A stretch of 64,000 bases of DNA from an uncultured Acidimicrobiaceae bacterium (GCA_963725355.1 CAVRYE010000007.1:12779-76778), one strand, 5' to 3'. Shown: positions 9,843-20,389, numbered from the stretch's first letter. Translations and numbers: made by a program. Notes: a model not told the origin generated them from the sequence alone.

Positions 9843-10577
9843 TTGATCATGGCGCCTGACGGGTTGCCGCGGCGCCACGTACCTTTCGGAGGCCACCAGG
9901 TCGCCGAGTACGCCTTAGCTGCCGCTCTAGCTGTCGTCGGCCTTCATCTGACAGGCCGCCCAGAGCTTGTTCTGGTCGTCTCTGGCGGTGTGCTGGCCCT
10001 GTTCGCCATCGTTTCTAAGGGACCCCTTGCGGCCTGGCGAGTCGTGCCACGAAGGGTCCACCTCTATCTTGACCTGCCTTTGGCAGCCTGTTTCGCACTG
10101 TCGCCCGTTCTCTACGTGCCGAGCTTCCCGCTGATCCCGATCATCATCAGCGAGGCGGTGGCGGTGGTGCTGGTCCGCATGTCGCTCACGACAGAGATCG
10201 TCGCCCGGCCGCGTGTCCCGAGCGCGGGGCGAGGCGCTCGACGGCCGGAGGCAGCCTCGGCGGGGCCGGCGCCAATGACCCTTCCCCCTCAGGGGGCAAC
10301 GTCGAGAGCCCTGACGCTGTCGTTGTTGCTGCTGCAACCGCCGGGCGCATCTTGGGCACGGCGGTCAAGAAGGCCCGAGGGTCCTCTGCCCCGTTCACGG
10401 CGGCCCGCGGGCTGGGGCGCGCAACCGGTCATGCTCGCCGCATCGGTCGTGCTGCGGCGGCGAGCAAGCCAGCCCCCGCTGCTCCCGGGCCCGGAGGCGT
10501 GCCGCCGAGGTCTTCTCAGCCCGCTGAGTGACCTGCGACTCGGTTCGTTGAGGTTCCGCCGGCGGGTGCTTGACTGA
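9843..10577 (+). CDS. Hypothetical multi-TM membrane protein; C-terminus uncertain (possible frame switch 10200-10300)
   Basis: The first ~120 aa form 3-4 TM helices. After ~10200 the annotated frame looks out of frame (RRSRRPEGPLPRSRRPAGWG). Another frame reads GNVESPDAVVVAAATAGRILGTAVKKARGSSAPFTAARGLGRATG... and stops at 10529-10531. C5 and G5 runs at 10284-10296 are candidate indel sites. Confidence 0.45.
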   Translation: MIMAPDGLPRRHVPFGGHQVAEYALAAALAVVGLHLTGRPELVLVVSGGVLALFAIVSKGPLAAWRVVPRRVHLYLDLPLAACFALSPVLYVPSFPLIPIIISEAVAVVLVRMSLTTEIVARPRVPSAGRGARRPEAASAGPAPMTLPPQGATSRALTLSLLLLQPPGASWARRSRRPEGPLPRSRRPAGWGAQPVMLAASVVLRRRASQPPLLPGPEACRRGLLSPLSDLRLGSLRFRRRVLD

Positions 10578-10608
10578 GACCGCGATTATTTGGCTAGAGT
10601 CTCGGCCC

Positions 10609-11412
10609 GTGGGGATTCCGGGGGTCGCCAAGCCGAGAGGTATCGCGCGCTTCGTGCTGCTCAGCGTGGTCGCGCTCGGCGTCGGCGGGTGCTCGCTGCC
10701 TACCTTCGGCGGCTTCAGGGGCGCTACCAGCCAGGGCCAGACCGAGTTCAAGCTCTGGTCGTGGATGACGATCGCCGGCCTCGTCGTCGCTGTGATCGTC
10801 TGGGGCCTCATTCTCTGGGCGATCGTCGCTTACAGAAGGCGCGACTCCGACAAGATACCGAGGCAGTTCCAAAGCAACACGATCGTCGAGATCATCTACA
10901 CGGCCATACCGCTCATCATCGTCGGATTCATTTTCTTCTTCACAGTCGTGGCGGAGAACAAGATCGACGCCCTTGCCCCCAACCCGCCCGTGAGGATCAC
11001 GGTCACCGGCTTCCAATGGGGATGGAGCTTCAGTTACCGCAACTCAGATAACAAACAGATTGCCCTTGTCGAGACGGCACAGCCCAGGCCGCCTCTACTG
11101 GCGGCGAGCCCTCTGTCGTCGGAGTACCCGCGCTTCGAGCTGCCACTCGGTGAGACGGCCCAGATAACACTGCTCTCGAACGACGTCGTGCACACCTTCT
11201 ATGTCCCGGCGTTCAATTTCGGCCGACAGGCGTTGCCGGGACAAGTCAACAGGTTCGACTTCACGCCCGTTAAGACCGGTGTCTTCGCCGGTCACTGTGC
11301 CACCTATTGCGGCCTGTACCACTCCGAGATGCTTTTCAGCGTGGCAGTTGTCACTCCGAGCGCTTACCGCTCTTGGCTGAAGACCCAGTCCGCTTCCGGG
11401 GCGTCGGCATGA
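10609..11412 (+). CDS. ctaC: Cytochrome c oxidase subunit II (aa3-type)
   Basis: Lipobox LSVVALGVGGCS, two TM helices, and the CuA site HCATYCGLYHSEM preceded by VVHTFYVPAF. The start could be GTG 10609 or TTG 10570. The stop overlaps the ctaD ATG. Confidence 0.85.
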   Translation: MGIPGVAKPRGIARFVLLSVVALGVGGCSLPTFGGFRGATSQGQTEFKLWSWMTIAGLVVAVIVWGLILWAIVAYRRRDSDKIPRQFQSNTIVEIIYTAIPLIIVGFIFFFTVVAENKIDALAPNPPVRITVTGFQWGWSFSYRNSDNKQIALVETAQPRPPLLAASPLSSEYPRFELPLGETAQITLLSNDVVHTFYVPAFNFGRQALPGQVNRFDFTPVKTGVFAGHCATYCGLYHSEMLFSVAVVTPSAYRSWLKTQSASGASA

Positions 11413-13169
11413 CGGTTCTCGCGGAAAGGCCCGAGGTCTACGACGATCTCCCGCCGTCCGAGCACGAGCACGGGCCTTCAGGCTTTTTGAAGTGGGTCAC
11501 CTCGACAGACCACAAGGTCATCGGGAAGAACTACACAGTCACAGCCGTCATCTTCTTCCTGCTTGCCGGCGCCATGGCGATGCTCATCCGGGCTCAGCTC
11601 GCTAACCCCGACAGCACGTTCTTGTCGCAGCACACCTACAACGAGATGTTCACGATGCACGGCAGCTTGATGATCTACCTGTTCGTCGGGCCCGTTGCCT
11701 TCGGAGGCCTGGCCAACTACATCGTGCCCCTGCAGATTGGGGCACCCGACATGGCCTTCCCGCGGCTCAATGCGCTCTCCTACTGGCTTTACCTCGGTGG
11801 CGGCACTTTGATGATGATGGGCTTTTTGACGACCGGCTCGGCAGCCGACTTCGGCTGGGTCGCCTATGCCCCCCTCTCCAACTCGATCAACACCCCGGGA
11901 GCCGGTCCTGACCTGTGGATCGTCGCCCTCGTCCTCACGGGCTTTTCGGCCATTTTCACCGGCGTGAACCTTGTCAGCACGATCTACTACCTCCGCGCTC
12001 CGGGCATGACGATGTTCAGAATGCCCATCTTCACCTGGAACATGCTCGTTACGGGCATCTTGATCCTCATCGCCTTCCCCGTGTTTACGAGCGCGCTCGT
12101 GTTCTTGTGGTGCGACAGGCATCTCGGCGCCCACATTTACGAGGTCTCGGGCGGGGGCGTGCCGGTGCTCTGGCAAGACCTCTTCTGGTTCTTCGGCCAT
12201 CCAGAGGTCTACATCCTCGCCCTGCCGTTCTTCGGCATCGTGACCGACGTGATCGCCGTGTTCTCCCGAAAGCCCATCTTCGGCTACCGGGGGATGGTCT
12301 TCGCGACGATCTCGATCGCGGCGTTGTCGACGAGCGTGTGGGCGCACCACATGTTCACGACAGGCGTCGTGTTGCTTCCCTTCTTCAGCCTCATGTCGTA
12401 CCTGATCGCCGTTCCGACGGGCATCAAATTCTTCAACTGGATCGGAACGATGTGGCGGGGCTCGGTGAGGTTCGACACCCCCATGCTGTTCTGCCTTGGA
12501 TTCCTGGCAACCTTTTTGATAGGTGGGGTGACGGGTATCTTGCTCGCTTCGCCCCCAATCGATTTCGCCACTCACGACACCTACTTCGTCGTCGCCCACT
12601 TCCACAGTGTCGTCATGGCGCTCGTCATGGGCGCCTTCGCGGGCTTTTTCTACTGGTACCCGAAGATGACGGGACGGATGCTGCGCGAGGGTCTCGGCAA
12701 GGCCTCGTTCTGGTTCATGTTCATCGGCACCAACGTCACCTTCGACCCGCAGTACCTGCTCGGGCTCAAGGGCATGCCGAGGCGGGTGGCCGAGTACGCC
12801 GCCTCGGACGGGTTCACTACCTTGAACAGGATCTCGAGTGCGGGAGCGGCGTTGTTGTTCATCGCCGTAGCCCTTTTTGTCGTCAACGTCGTATGGTCCT
12901 GGTGGGTGCCGATACCGGCCGGCGACAACCCTTGGGACGCGGCCACCTTGGAGTGGGCGACGAGCTCTCCGCCCCCGCACCACAACTTCTTGAAGCTGCC
13001 GCCGATCCGCTCGCGTCGTCCGGTTTGGGACAAGAACCATCCCGAGCACCGGATAATCGAGCACAACAAGCCGCGTTTCAGCGGCATGCTGGCGGCACCT
13101 GGTGGATCAGCTGTGTTGCTGGAAGACGTCGCCGGGCTGGACGGCGAGGGCCCGGAGGGGGACCGATGA
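11409..13169 (+). CDS. ctaD: Cytochrome c oxidase subunit I
   Basis: Classic heme-copper oxidase subunit I (WFFGHPEVYILALPFFG, HHMFTTG, VVAHFHSV). ATG 11409 overlaps the ctaC stop. Confidence 0.95.
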   Translation: MTVLAERPEVYDDLPPSEHEHGPSGFLKWVTSTDHKVIGKNYTVTAVIFFLLAGAMAMLIRAQLANPDSTFLSQHTYNEMFTMHGSLMIYLFVGPVAFGGLANYIVPLQIGAPDMAFPRLNALSYWLYLGGGTLMMMGFLTTGSAADFGWVAYAPLSNSINTPGAGPDLWIVALVLTGFSAIFTGVNLVSTIYYLRAPGMTMFRMPIFTWNMLVTGILILIAFPVFTSALVFLWCDRHLGAHIYEVSGGGVPVLWQDLFWFFGHPEVYILALPFFGIVTDVIAVFSRKPIFGYRGMVFATISIAALSTSVWAHHMFTTGVVLLPFFSLMSYLIAVPTGIKFFNWIGTMWRGSVRFDTPMLFCLGFLATFLIGGVTGILLASPPIDFATHDTYFVVAHFHSVVMALVMGAFAGFFYWYPKMTGRMLREGLGKASFWFMFIGTNVTFDPQYLLGLKGMPRRVAEYAASDGFTTLNRISSAGAALLFIAVALFVVNVVWSWWVPIPAGDNPWDAATLEWATSSPPPHHNFLKLPPIRSRRPVWDKNHPEHRIIEHNKPRFSGMLAAPGGSAVLLEDVAGLDGEGPEGDR

Positions 13170-13558
13170 AGCTCGAGGCCTACGTTTTTTTGTTCGTCGG
13201 CATCTTCTTCGGCTGTGTCGGGCTCGCGTATTGGCTCCTCAGCTATGAGGACGCCGGCAGTGTGATGCTGCTGGGCTCCTTTCTCCTCGGTTGCGTGCCG
13301 GGCGTCTACTACCTGTGGTGGTCACGCCGCATGCCGCAAAGGCCGGCGGACGACCCGAAGGCTTCGCTCGACGATGGGGCAGGGGTCGTCGGGGCGTTCC
13401 CAGGCAGCAGCATCTGGCCGTTCGTGCTCGGCCTCGGGGCCACTTTCGTGGCCGCCGCCCTTGTTTTCGGGGCCTGGACGCTCGGCGTCGGTCTCTTCCT
13501 AGCTGTCGCCGCCCTCGTCGGAGTCGTCTTCGAATCCCGCCGCGGAGGTCTCGTCTAG
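13166..13558 (+). CDS. ctaF: Cytochrome c oxidase subunit IV (actinobacterial CtaF-type)
   Basis: ATGA overlap with the ctaD stop. 130 aa with four TM helices (MKLEAYVFLFVGIFFGCVGLAYW...), the usual position and shape of actinobacterial CtaF. Confidence 0.8.
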   Translation: MKLEAYVFLFVGIFFGCVGLAYWLLSYEDAGSVMLLGSFLLGCVPGVYYLWWSRRMPQRPADDPKASLDDGAGVVGAFPGSSIWPFVLGLGATFVAAALVFGAWTLGVGLFLAVAALVGVVFESRRGGLV

Positions 13559-13717
13559 CTCAGGCCCGGACGCCGAGCCGGCCGTCGAGGGCGGGCTCGG
13601 AGGTGGGCGACGCCGACCCTGGCTGACCGCGAAGCGCACCACGGCCACCAACAGGCCGGCCATGAGGACCAAGAAGACGGCGAAACCGGCGTCGAAGCTC
13701 GCTGACACGGGCCCTCC

Positions 13718-14593
13718 TCAGGAGTCTTGCGTTTGGCCAGGTACCTTCACGCGGACGAGGCCTTCTTGCACCACGCTCACGACGAGACGTCCCGACTCGT
13801 CGAAGAGGAGGCCTCGCGCCAGACCCGCGCGCCCCAAACGCGTTGGGCGAGTCCTGGTCGAACAGCAGCCAGTTGTCAGCTCTGAAGGGGCGGTGGAACC
13901 ACATGCAATGGTCCAAGCTGACGATCATCGTCGCCCCCGTCTCCCACGGGATCTCATGGGGCTGGAGAATCGAGTCGATGATGGACATGTCCGAGGCATA
14001 GGTGAACACCGCCGCGTGGAGAAGCGGGTCATCGGCAAGATCACCATCGGCGCGGACCCAAAGGCGCTGTCGGGTCTCCTCGCTCGCCGTAGGCAGCCAC
14101 GGGACATCGCCGACGTAGCGCTGTTCGATCGGCCTTGGCCGGTCGAGCTGGAACCAGTCCGGTAGCTGGTCCCGGTAGGGCTCGAGTCGCTCCCTGAAGG
14201 TCGGCAGGCTGTCGGGTGGGGGTACCTCGGGCATCTCGGCCTGGTGGACGAGACCCGGCCCCTCGTCGATGTGGAACGAGCACTGCAGGTTGAAGATCGC
14301 CCGGCCGTGCTGGATCGCGACGACGCGCCGCGTGGTGAAGGAGCGACCGTCGCGGATGCGGTCGACCTCGTAGAGAATGGGCACTGTCGGGTCCCCGGCG
14401 CGCAGGAAGTAAGAGTGCAGGGAGTGGACGCGGCCCGACTCAACCGTCCGCCCGGCGGCAATGAGCGACTGCGCGGCCACTTGACCGCCGAAGACGCGAA
14501 GCCGCTTCTCGTCAAGGTTCTTTCCGCGGAAGATATTCACCTCGATCGCCTCGAGATCGAGGAGTTCGATGAGCTGCTGCAGAGCTTCGGTCA
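13718..14593 (-). pseudogene. tesB: Acyl-CoA thioesterase II, frame switch near 13815-13823
   Basis: VTEALQQLIELLDLEAIEVNIFRGKN...FGGQVAAQSL...HSLHSYFLRAGD align with the TesB N-terminus. After ...SPNAFGARG the frame gives Arg-rich junk. Another frame reads LARGLLFDESGRLVVSVVQEGLVRVKVPGQTQDS and stops at 13718-13720. Confidence 0.8.
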
Positions 14594-14617
14594 CGGGGCA
14601 GACGATAGACTCATTGG

Positions 14618-15293
14618 CATGGCCCCTCTTGTGAGCCATGCCCACGCGATCTTCCGCACGGAGCATTTCCAGCGGTTGTGGAAGTACACCTCTGTCTCGG
14701 TCGTCTCGACGGTTGTGACCCAGGTCGTGTTGTTCCTCACCTACCACGTCTGGAACGTCGGTTCTGCGGTGGTCTGCAACATCATCGCCACCGTGGTCGC
14801 CTCGATTCCGGCCTACTACTTGAACCGCACCTGGACCTGGGGCAAGAAAGGCCGTTCCGACATCTGGGGTGAGATCGTTCCCTTCTGGACTATCGCGCTT
14901 GTGGCAATGGTCCTGTCGACAGTCGCAGTGGGCGTGGCCGCCCACAATGCCGATCGCATCGCCCACGGCTCGCTCGAACGCGCGCTAATCGTCAACGGTG
15001 CCAACCTGGTCACCTACGCCATCTTGTGGACGCTGCGCTACTTGGTCCTGAACCGCTTCCTGTTCGGCACGCGCGCTTCGCCAGCGGCGAGTCCACCCGC
15101 ACTCCTCGGCGTATCGCCGGACGGCGTGGAGCCGGACGACAGTGCCCACTTCGTCGACCTCGAGCAGTCGCCAGCTGATCCGGGCCGTCTCGAGGTTGCC
15201 GGCTCTCCGGCCACCACAGGCTCAGGCGGCCTCGAGCAGGAACGGGACCTGTCGGAGATCGCCGCCAAAGAGACCGTCGACCCCGCCCACTAG
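14618..15293 (+). CDS. GtrA-family membrane protein
   Basis: FQRLWKYTSVSVVSTVVTQVVLFLTY...YYLNRTWTWG...ANLVTYAILWTLRYLVLNRFLF gives four TM helices and a GtrA-like signature. Start is ATG 14618 or GTG 14630. It is divergent from tesB with a spacer of only ~25 nt. Confidence 0.7.
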
Positions 15294-15300
15294 GGCGCTC

Positions 15301-16801
15301 TTAACACGCGAGGTGCCCTGTCCGACGGCGCGCGAACTCTCCGAGCACCAAGCCCGCCAGAGCCGACGCCAGCGCTAGCAGCAATATCGGGGCATCGCCC
15401 CAAAGGCAGTAGAGCGTCCTCCCAGCTCTGAGCGCCACACTCGTCTCCAGCACCGCTGATACCGAGAGGGCTGTCCGGTCCAGCACCGCACCCCGGTTGT
15501 TGACTACAGCCGAATAGCCCGTAGGAGCGGCCTGCAACAGGTCCCTACCTTCAGCGACGGCCTGAAGGCGGGAGGCCGCGATCTCCTGCGAGGGAGCCTC
15601 CGCGCTCGAGTACGAAGAGGTGTTCGTCGGGACGATGATGAGCTGCCCGCCTGCTCTTACGCCCGATCGCCCGCGGTCGGGGAAGAACACCTCGTAGGAG
15701 ACGAGCACGGCGAGACGGCCCGCTGGCGTGGCGATCATGCCGCTGCCGTGGCCCGCTATGGCGTCGCGGGGCACCGCTTGCAGGTTCGCCAGGTGGGAGA
15801 AGAAGCTCCGCCACGGCACGTACTCGCCGAAGGGCACGCGGTGTACCTTCTCGAACACGGCGACGAGAGCGCCGGAGGGCCCATAGGCGACGATCTCGTT
15901 GCGAAACTGGCCGCTGCCCACCGTCTCTGTGACACCCGCCAGGAGCGTCGTGTGGAGCCTCTTGGCGAGCCCGGAGAGCTGCATGGCCTCCGGCGAGCCT
16001 GCAAGCGGGCCGGTGAGAGCGACGATGTCCTCCGGCCAAAGGACGAGCGCGAACAGGTGGGTGGACGCGCATCGTGGCCCGCAAGGTGGCGGCGTAGACG
16101 ACCGAGGCGGGAACCTCGAGATCAGACAGGCCCCGTCGCCCCCCGCCTTGGACGATCGCCACACGATCAGTCCGCGTCGGCGGGCCGCCGTCGGGGGCGA
16201 GGGCGCCCCACAACCCGAGGGCGAGAACGAGCACGATGCCGAGGCAGCTGGCGAGTAAGTCAGGACTCCGTGACACACCGCGGCGCCGGTACAAGGCGAC
16301 GACGAGGTTGCCGAGGGCTACGCCAGCCAGGTAGGTGAGCGCCGCCACCAGTATGTTTCCGCCGAGGCGGGCCGTGCCGAGAAGGGGGCCGCCCGCCTGG
16401 CCGAGGGCGATCCCGCCCGGCGGCACGCCACCGAAGGGCCAACTATCGCGTGCCCACTCGGCGAGCGTCAGCAAGCCGGCTAAGGCCGGGACCTGGGCGG
16501 GTCCCCTCCTGGCAAGACCGCAGGCGAGAGCGAACATCGCTGACTGGACCAGGACAAGGGCCATGTAGCCGAGAAGGGTGAACTTGTCCGCCCAGGCGAG
16601 CCCGACTATGAGCTGGCCGGCACCGGCGAGCAAGCCGGCGAGGGCCCTTTGGCCGACTGGTCGCTCCCGCACCGCCGAGGCGAGGAGCGCGACGCCAACG
16701 ATCGCAGACGGCCACCATCCGAACGGGGGGAGCGAGAAGGCCACTAACAGGCCTCCTATGAAAGGGAGAAGAGCCCGCAGGGACCACCTCGCCAGCTTCA
16801 T
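15301..16801 (-). pseudogene. lnt: Apolipoprotein N-acyltransferase-like protein, frame switch near 16061-16072
   Basis: The N-terminal multi-TM domain (MKLARWSLRALLPFIGGLLVAFSLPPFGWW...) ends ...VVYAATLRATM. The CN-hydrolase domain continues in another frame (ASTHLFALVLWPEDIVAL...FEKVHRVPFGEYVP...LAVLVSYEVFF...). ATG 16801 overlaps the hemY stop (ATGA). Confidence 0.75.
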
Positions 16802-18294
16802 GGCACTAGGCGATCGAGAACCTCCGCCGCGGCCCGCTCGCCACTTGTGAGACATGCCGGGATCCCAATGCCTCCGAGCGACGGGCCGGCCAGCGCGAGA
16901 CCGGGCAGCTTGGAGAGCGCCGCTTGCGCCCGCTCGATCTTTCCAAGGTGCCCGGGCAGATACTGGGGGAAGGCCCGGGGCCACCGCTGTACGTGAGCAT
17001 CGAGGGGAGCCTCTCGCAGGCCGAGCAGGGCCGCGATCTCTCCGAGCACCGCTTCTACGAGCTCGGCATCGGCCATCGCCGACTGCCTCTCGTCGCCGTA
17101 GCGACCGGTCGAGACGCGGATGACTACCTCTCCTTGGGCGGCCATCGGTGGCCACTTGGAGGACAAGAAGGTGCATCCGGTCGTAAGCAGGCCTTCGCAG
17201 CGGGGCACGAGGAAGCCGCTTCCAGGGGGGAGGTGTCGCGTCGCAGACGACGGCCAGGCGAGGGTGACGAGGGCGACGCTCGAGTGGGGGATCGATCCGA
17301 GCTCGGCAGCGACAGCTGGGGCCCCGTCTACGAGCAGGCGGGCGCTCACGTGCCCGGGCGCCGCCAGCACGACGCCGTCGGCAAGAACCGTGCCCGTCGC
17401 GGTATCGAGGGCGTACCGGTCGCCGACGCGTTCGAGCGAGGACACCGCCGAGGCCGTATTCAACTTGACTCCGCGCCGGCCGAGGTCTGCCACGAGAGCA
17501 TCGATGATGCGGCCAAGGCCGCCCCGCATCCCGATGAAGAACGGTCTCGAACGGGGGGAGTTCGTCGTCGGCCGGGCCGGGGCGTTGTGCGCCATGAGCC
17601 TCAAGGCGCGTGTCACGCTCCGGTGCCCGACGAGCGCGCGGGCCACTTGAGGGGCGACGACGTTGAGCGACAAGTGGTCGAGGCCACCGGCATTGATTCC
17701 CCCGAGGAGCGGGTCGACGAGGCGCTCGACGACTTCCCGGCCAAGTCGGCGCTCGAGGATCGAGGCAGCGCTCCACTCCGGCTCGACGGCTCCGGGCCGG
17801 CCGCTCGCCTGAAGGTCGCTAATCCCGAGGCTCGACTCGGACATCGGCGATCCCACGGGCAGGAGGTCGAGCGCGGCCCGGGCGAGGCCGCGACCACTGA
17901 CGATCCTGGATCTTGCAAGAGCCAAAAGGTCTGGCGGAAGGCCGAGGATGAGTCCGGCCGGCATTGGGTGCAAGCGACCGCGAGCTACGACGCAGGCCGA
18001 GCTCGTCGCGGGCGCGACAAGGTCGTCGCCGATTTCGAGGACGTCGCAGAGTTCGGCCGCGCTCTGGTTCCGGGTCAAGAAGTTGTCCGGTCCGAGATCG
18101 ACCGGTTGGCCCCGGAACTCGCCGGAGAGGACCTTGCCCCCAAAGCGCGCATCGGACTCGAGAACGATGACCTCGAGGTCTGCGGCCTTCCCTCTCTCGT
18201 GCAGGCTGGCGCTCACCGGGGCAGCGCCCGCAAGGACGCGGGCGGCGCCGAGGCCGCTTATGCCACCGCCTACTACGGCGACGACGCGGGTCAT
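16798..18294 (-). CDS. hemY: Protoporphyrinogen/coproporphyrinogen III oxidase (HemY/CgoX type, FAD-dependent)
   Basis: MTRVVAVVGGGISGLGAA FAD-binding fold; length ~498 aa. ATG 18294 overlaps the hemH stop (ATGA). It lies in a hemE-hemH-hemY operon. Confidence 0.85.
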   Translation of the reverse strand: MTRVVAVVGGGISGLGAARVLAGAAPVSASLHERGKAADLEVIVLESDARFGGKVLSGEFRGQPVDLGPDNFLTRNQSAAELCDVLEIGDDLVAPATSSACVVARGRLHPMPAGLILGLPPDLLALARSRIVSGRGLARAALDLLPVGSPMSESSLGISDLQASGRPGAVEPEWSAASILERRLGREVVERLVDPLLGGINAGGLDHLSLNVVAPQVARALVGHRSVTRALRLMAHNAPARPTTNSPRSRPFFIGMRGGLGRIIDALVADLGRRGVKLNTASAVSSLERVGDRYALDTATGTVLADGVVLAAPGHVSARLLVDGAPAVAAELGSIPHSSVALVTLAWPSSATRHLPPGSGFLVPRCEGLLTTGCTFLSSKWPPMAAQGEVVIRVSTGRYGDERQSAMADAELVEAVLGEIAALLGLREAPLDAHVQRWPRAFPQYLPGHLGKIERAQAALSKLPGLALAGPSLGGIGIPACLTSGERAAAEVLDRLVP

Positions 18295-19250
18295 TCCCCG
18301 AGCCTTTCCGCCTGGGCGATGACGAGCTCGGCGAGGGCGGCGCACATCTCCGGTTCGGCGTTCAATGACGCCGTACGGGCAAAAGCCACACCGACCTCGT
18401 CGGCGACGCGTCTCGCCCCTATGTCAAGGTCGTAGAGGACCTCCAGGTGATCGGACGTGAAGCCCGCGGCGCAGACGACGACAGCGCGGACGCCTTCGGC
18501 GGGAAGCGCCCGCAGCTTTTCCAGGATGTCTGGTCCCAGCCACGGCTCCGGCGTGCGGCCAGCACTCTGCCACCCGATCTCCCAACGTGTGAGCCCCGCC
18601 GCCGCCGCCACGAGCTCGCCAGTGCGGAGGAGCTGGTCGGGATACGGATCGCCCCCTGCGACGACCCGCACAGGCAGGCTGTGCGCAGTCACGAGAAGTA
18701 GGAGCTCGCCCTTCGCCCGGGCGAGCTCGCCTTCTCGGCCGAGGGCGGCGAGGGCGGCGCCGACCCGTTCCGACAAGAGTTCCACGAGGACGGGATTGTC
18801 GTGCCAGTGCTCGATGAAGACCGAGGCAAGTCCGTAGCGCTCGGCCTCGGTGGCGGCGCGGACCACGTACTCGCCGACGCTTCCTTTTGAGTAGTGAGGG
18901 GCGAGGACGAGCCCGACGAGGCCGGTCACTCCCGAGGCGGCGAGCTCTGCGACGGCCCGTTCTATCTTGGGCTCGGAGTGCTTGTTGCCGAGAAGGCACC
19001 AAAAGTGGCCGGGTGCACGCAACTCGAGCTCGGCCTGGATCCCGGCCACCTGCTCGGCGGTGCGCTGTGCGAGCGGGGAGGTACCGCCGATGGCCTCGTA
19101 GCGCCCGGCGAGCTGCGCAAGTTGCTCGGGGCTCGGTGGCCGTCCGCGGCGCACGTCGGTGTAGAAGGCTTCGACCTCGCCGGGCGAGGCGGGTGTCCCA
19201 TAGGCCATCACGAGCACGCCCGTGCGCCGCCCAGACGGTGTCACTTTCAA
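18291..19250 (-). CDS. hemH: Ferrochelatase (HemH/CpfC type)
   Basis: GVLVMAYGTPASPGEVEAFYTDV...TSPL...LAPHYS...VTAHSLP...GFTSDHLEVLYDLD. Start is TTG 19250 or GTG 19244, abutting the hemE stop. The 496-aa ORF extension upstream overlaps hemE and is not protein-like. Confidence 0.85.
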   Translation of the reverse strand: MKVTPSGRRTGVLVMAYGTPASPGEVEAFYTDVRRGRPPSPEQLAQLAGRYEAIGGTSPLAQRTAEQVAGIQAELELRAPGHFWCLLGNKHSEPKIERAVAELAASGVTGLVGLVLAPHYSKGSVGEYVVRAATEAERYGLASVFIEHWHDNPVLVELLSERVGAALAALGREGELARAKGELLLLVTAHSLPVRVVAGGDPYPDQLLRTGELVAAAAGLTRWEIGWQSAGRTPEPWLGPDILEKLRALPAEGVRAVVVCAAGFTSDHLEVLYDLDIGARRVADEVGVAFARTASLNAEPEMCAALAELVIAQAERLGE

Positions 19251-20305
19251 GGCACCGCCTCCGGGGCCAGGTCGTGACGCCAGCCGTGCACGATCTCGAC
19301 GACCCGGGCGAGAACGCCGGGGTCCGTCTCGGGAAGGACGCCGTGGCCCAGGTTGAAGATATGTCCTGGCTCCGAGCCGGCGTCGCGCATGACCTTGGCC
19401 GCTTCGCGCTCGACGATTTCGACCGGTGCCAGGCACACGGCAGGGTCGAGATTGCCCTGCACAGCCTTGCCCTCGCCTATGCGGCGGCGGGCGTCCGCGA
19501 TGCCGACGCGCCAGTCGACTCCGACGACATCGGCCCCGGCGCTCGACATGAGACCGAGCAGCTCCCCGGTGCCTACGCCGAAATGGATGCGGGGGACGCC
19601 GAGGTCGGCAATGCCCTCGAGGACCTTGCTCGAGCTCGGTAGTGCGAAAGCTGCGTAGTCGGCCGGCGAGAGCGCACCGGCCCAGCTGTCGAAGAGCTGG
19701 ATGGCGGCGGCACCGGCCTCGACCTGGGCGCGTAAGGAGGCGAGGGCAATATCGGCGAGCCGGCCGGCGAGTTCGTGCCACAGCTCGGGCTCGGCGTGCA
19801 TGAGGGCCTTGGTGCGGGCGAAGGTTCGCGACGGGCCGCCTTCGACGAGATAGCTGGCAAGGGTGAAGGGAGCCCCTGCAAAGCCGATCAGGGGGACACT
19901 TGACTCTGAGACGACGATGCGCACCGCTTCGATGACGTGGGCGAGATCGGTACTCGGCTCGAGGGGGCGCAGTCGTTCGAGGTCGCCTGGACCCCTAAAG
20001 GGTGGGTCGACTACTGGGCCCCGGCCCGGCACGACCTCGATCCCTATCCCGATCGCGGCCAGGGGCACGACGATGTCGGAGAACAAGATGGCGGCGTCGA
20101 CACCGTAACGGCGCACCGGCTGGAGAGTCAGCTCGGCGGCAAGTTCGGGCTTGGCAATCGCCTTCAAGATGTCGCCGTCGCCCCGCAGGGCTCGATACTC
20201 GGGCAGCGACCGGCCCGCCTGGCGCATGAACCACACCGGCGTTTTCGTACTTTGAGAGCAGCGACACGCCTTGAGGAAAGGCGAATCGGCGCTCTGCACG
20301 GCCAA
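19247..20305 (-). CDS. hemE: Uroporphyrinogen decarboxylase
   Basis: SPFLKACR..TKTPVWFMRQAGRSLPEYRALR...IGFAGAPFTLASYLVEG...IFNLGHG. The start is probably TTG 20305 or GTG 20299 rather than GTG 20365. Confidence 0.9.
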   Translation of the reverse strand: MAVQSADSPFLKACRCSQSTKTPVWFMRQAGRSLPEYRALRGDGDILKAIAKPELAAELTLQPVRRYGVDAAILFSDIVVPLAAIGIGIEVVPGRGPVVDPPFRGPGDLERLRPLEPSTDLAHVIEAVRIVVSESSVPLIGFAGAPFTLASYLVEGGPSRTFARTKALMHAEPELWHELAGRLADIALASLRAQVEAGAAAIQLFDSWAGALSPADYAAFALPSSSKVLEGIADLGVPRIHFGVGTGELLGLMSSAGADVVGVDWRVGIADARRRIGEGKAVQGNLDPAVCLAPVEIVEREAAKVMRDAGSEPGHIFNLGHGVLPETDPGVLARVVEIVHGWRHDLAPEAVP

Positions 20306-20389
20306 GAGAGTATCCCGCCCCTGGCCTGAGCCACATTTTTTGCGCCTGTGCCTGGAATTGTGCACGCCGCGTCAAGTAGAAAGTACGCC

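Noticed and set aside
13499-13708. 69-aa minus-strand ORF between tesB and ctaF with one TM-like segment
   Set aside because: Its 3' 60 nt overlap ctaF, the second half is low-complexity, and no family was recognised. It could be a small membrane protein, but I cannot support it.
19251-19781. N-terminal 180-aa extension of the ferrochelatase ORF (18291..19781)
   Set aside because: It overlaps the 3' part of hemE in another frame and is Arg/Pro-rich junk. The conserved ferrochelatase N-terminus begins at about 19210, with TTG/GTG starts at 19250/19244.
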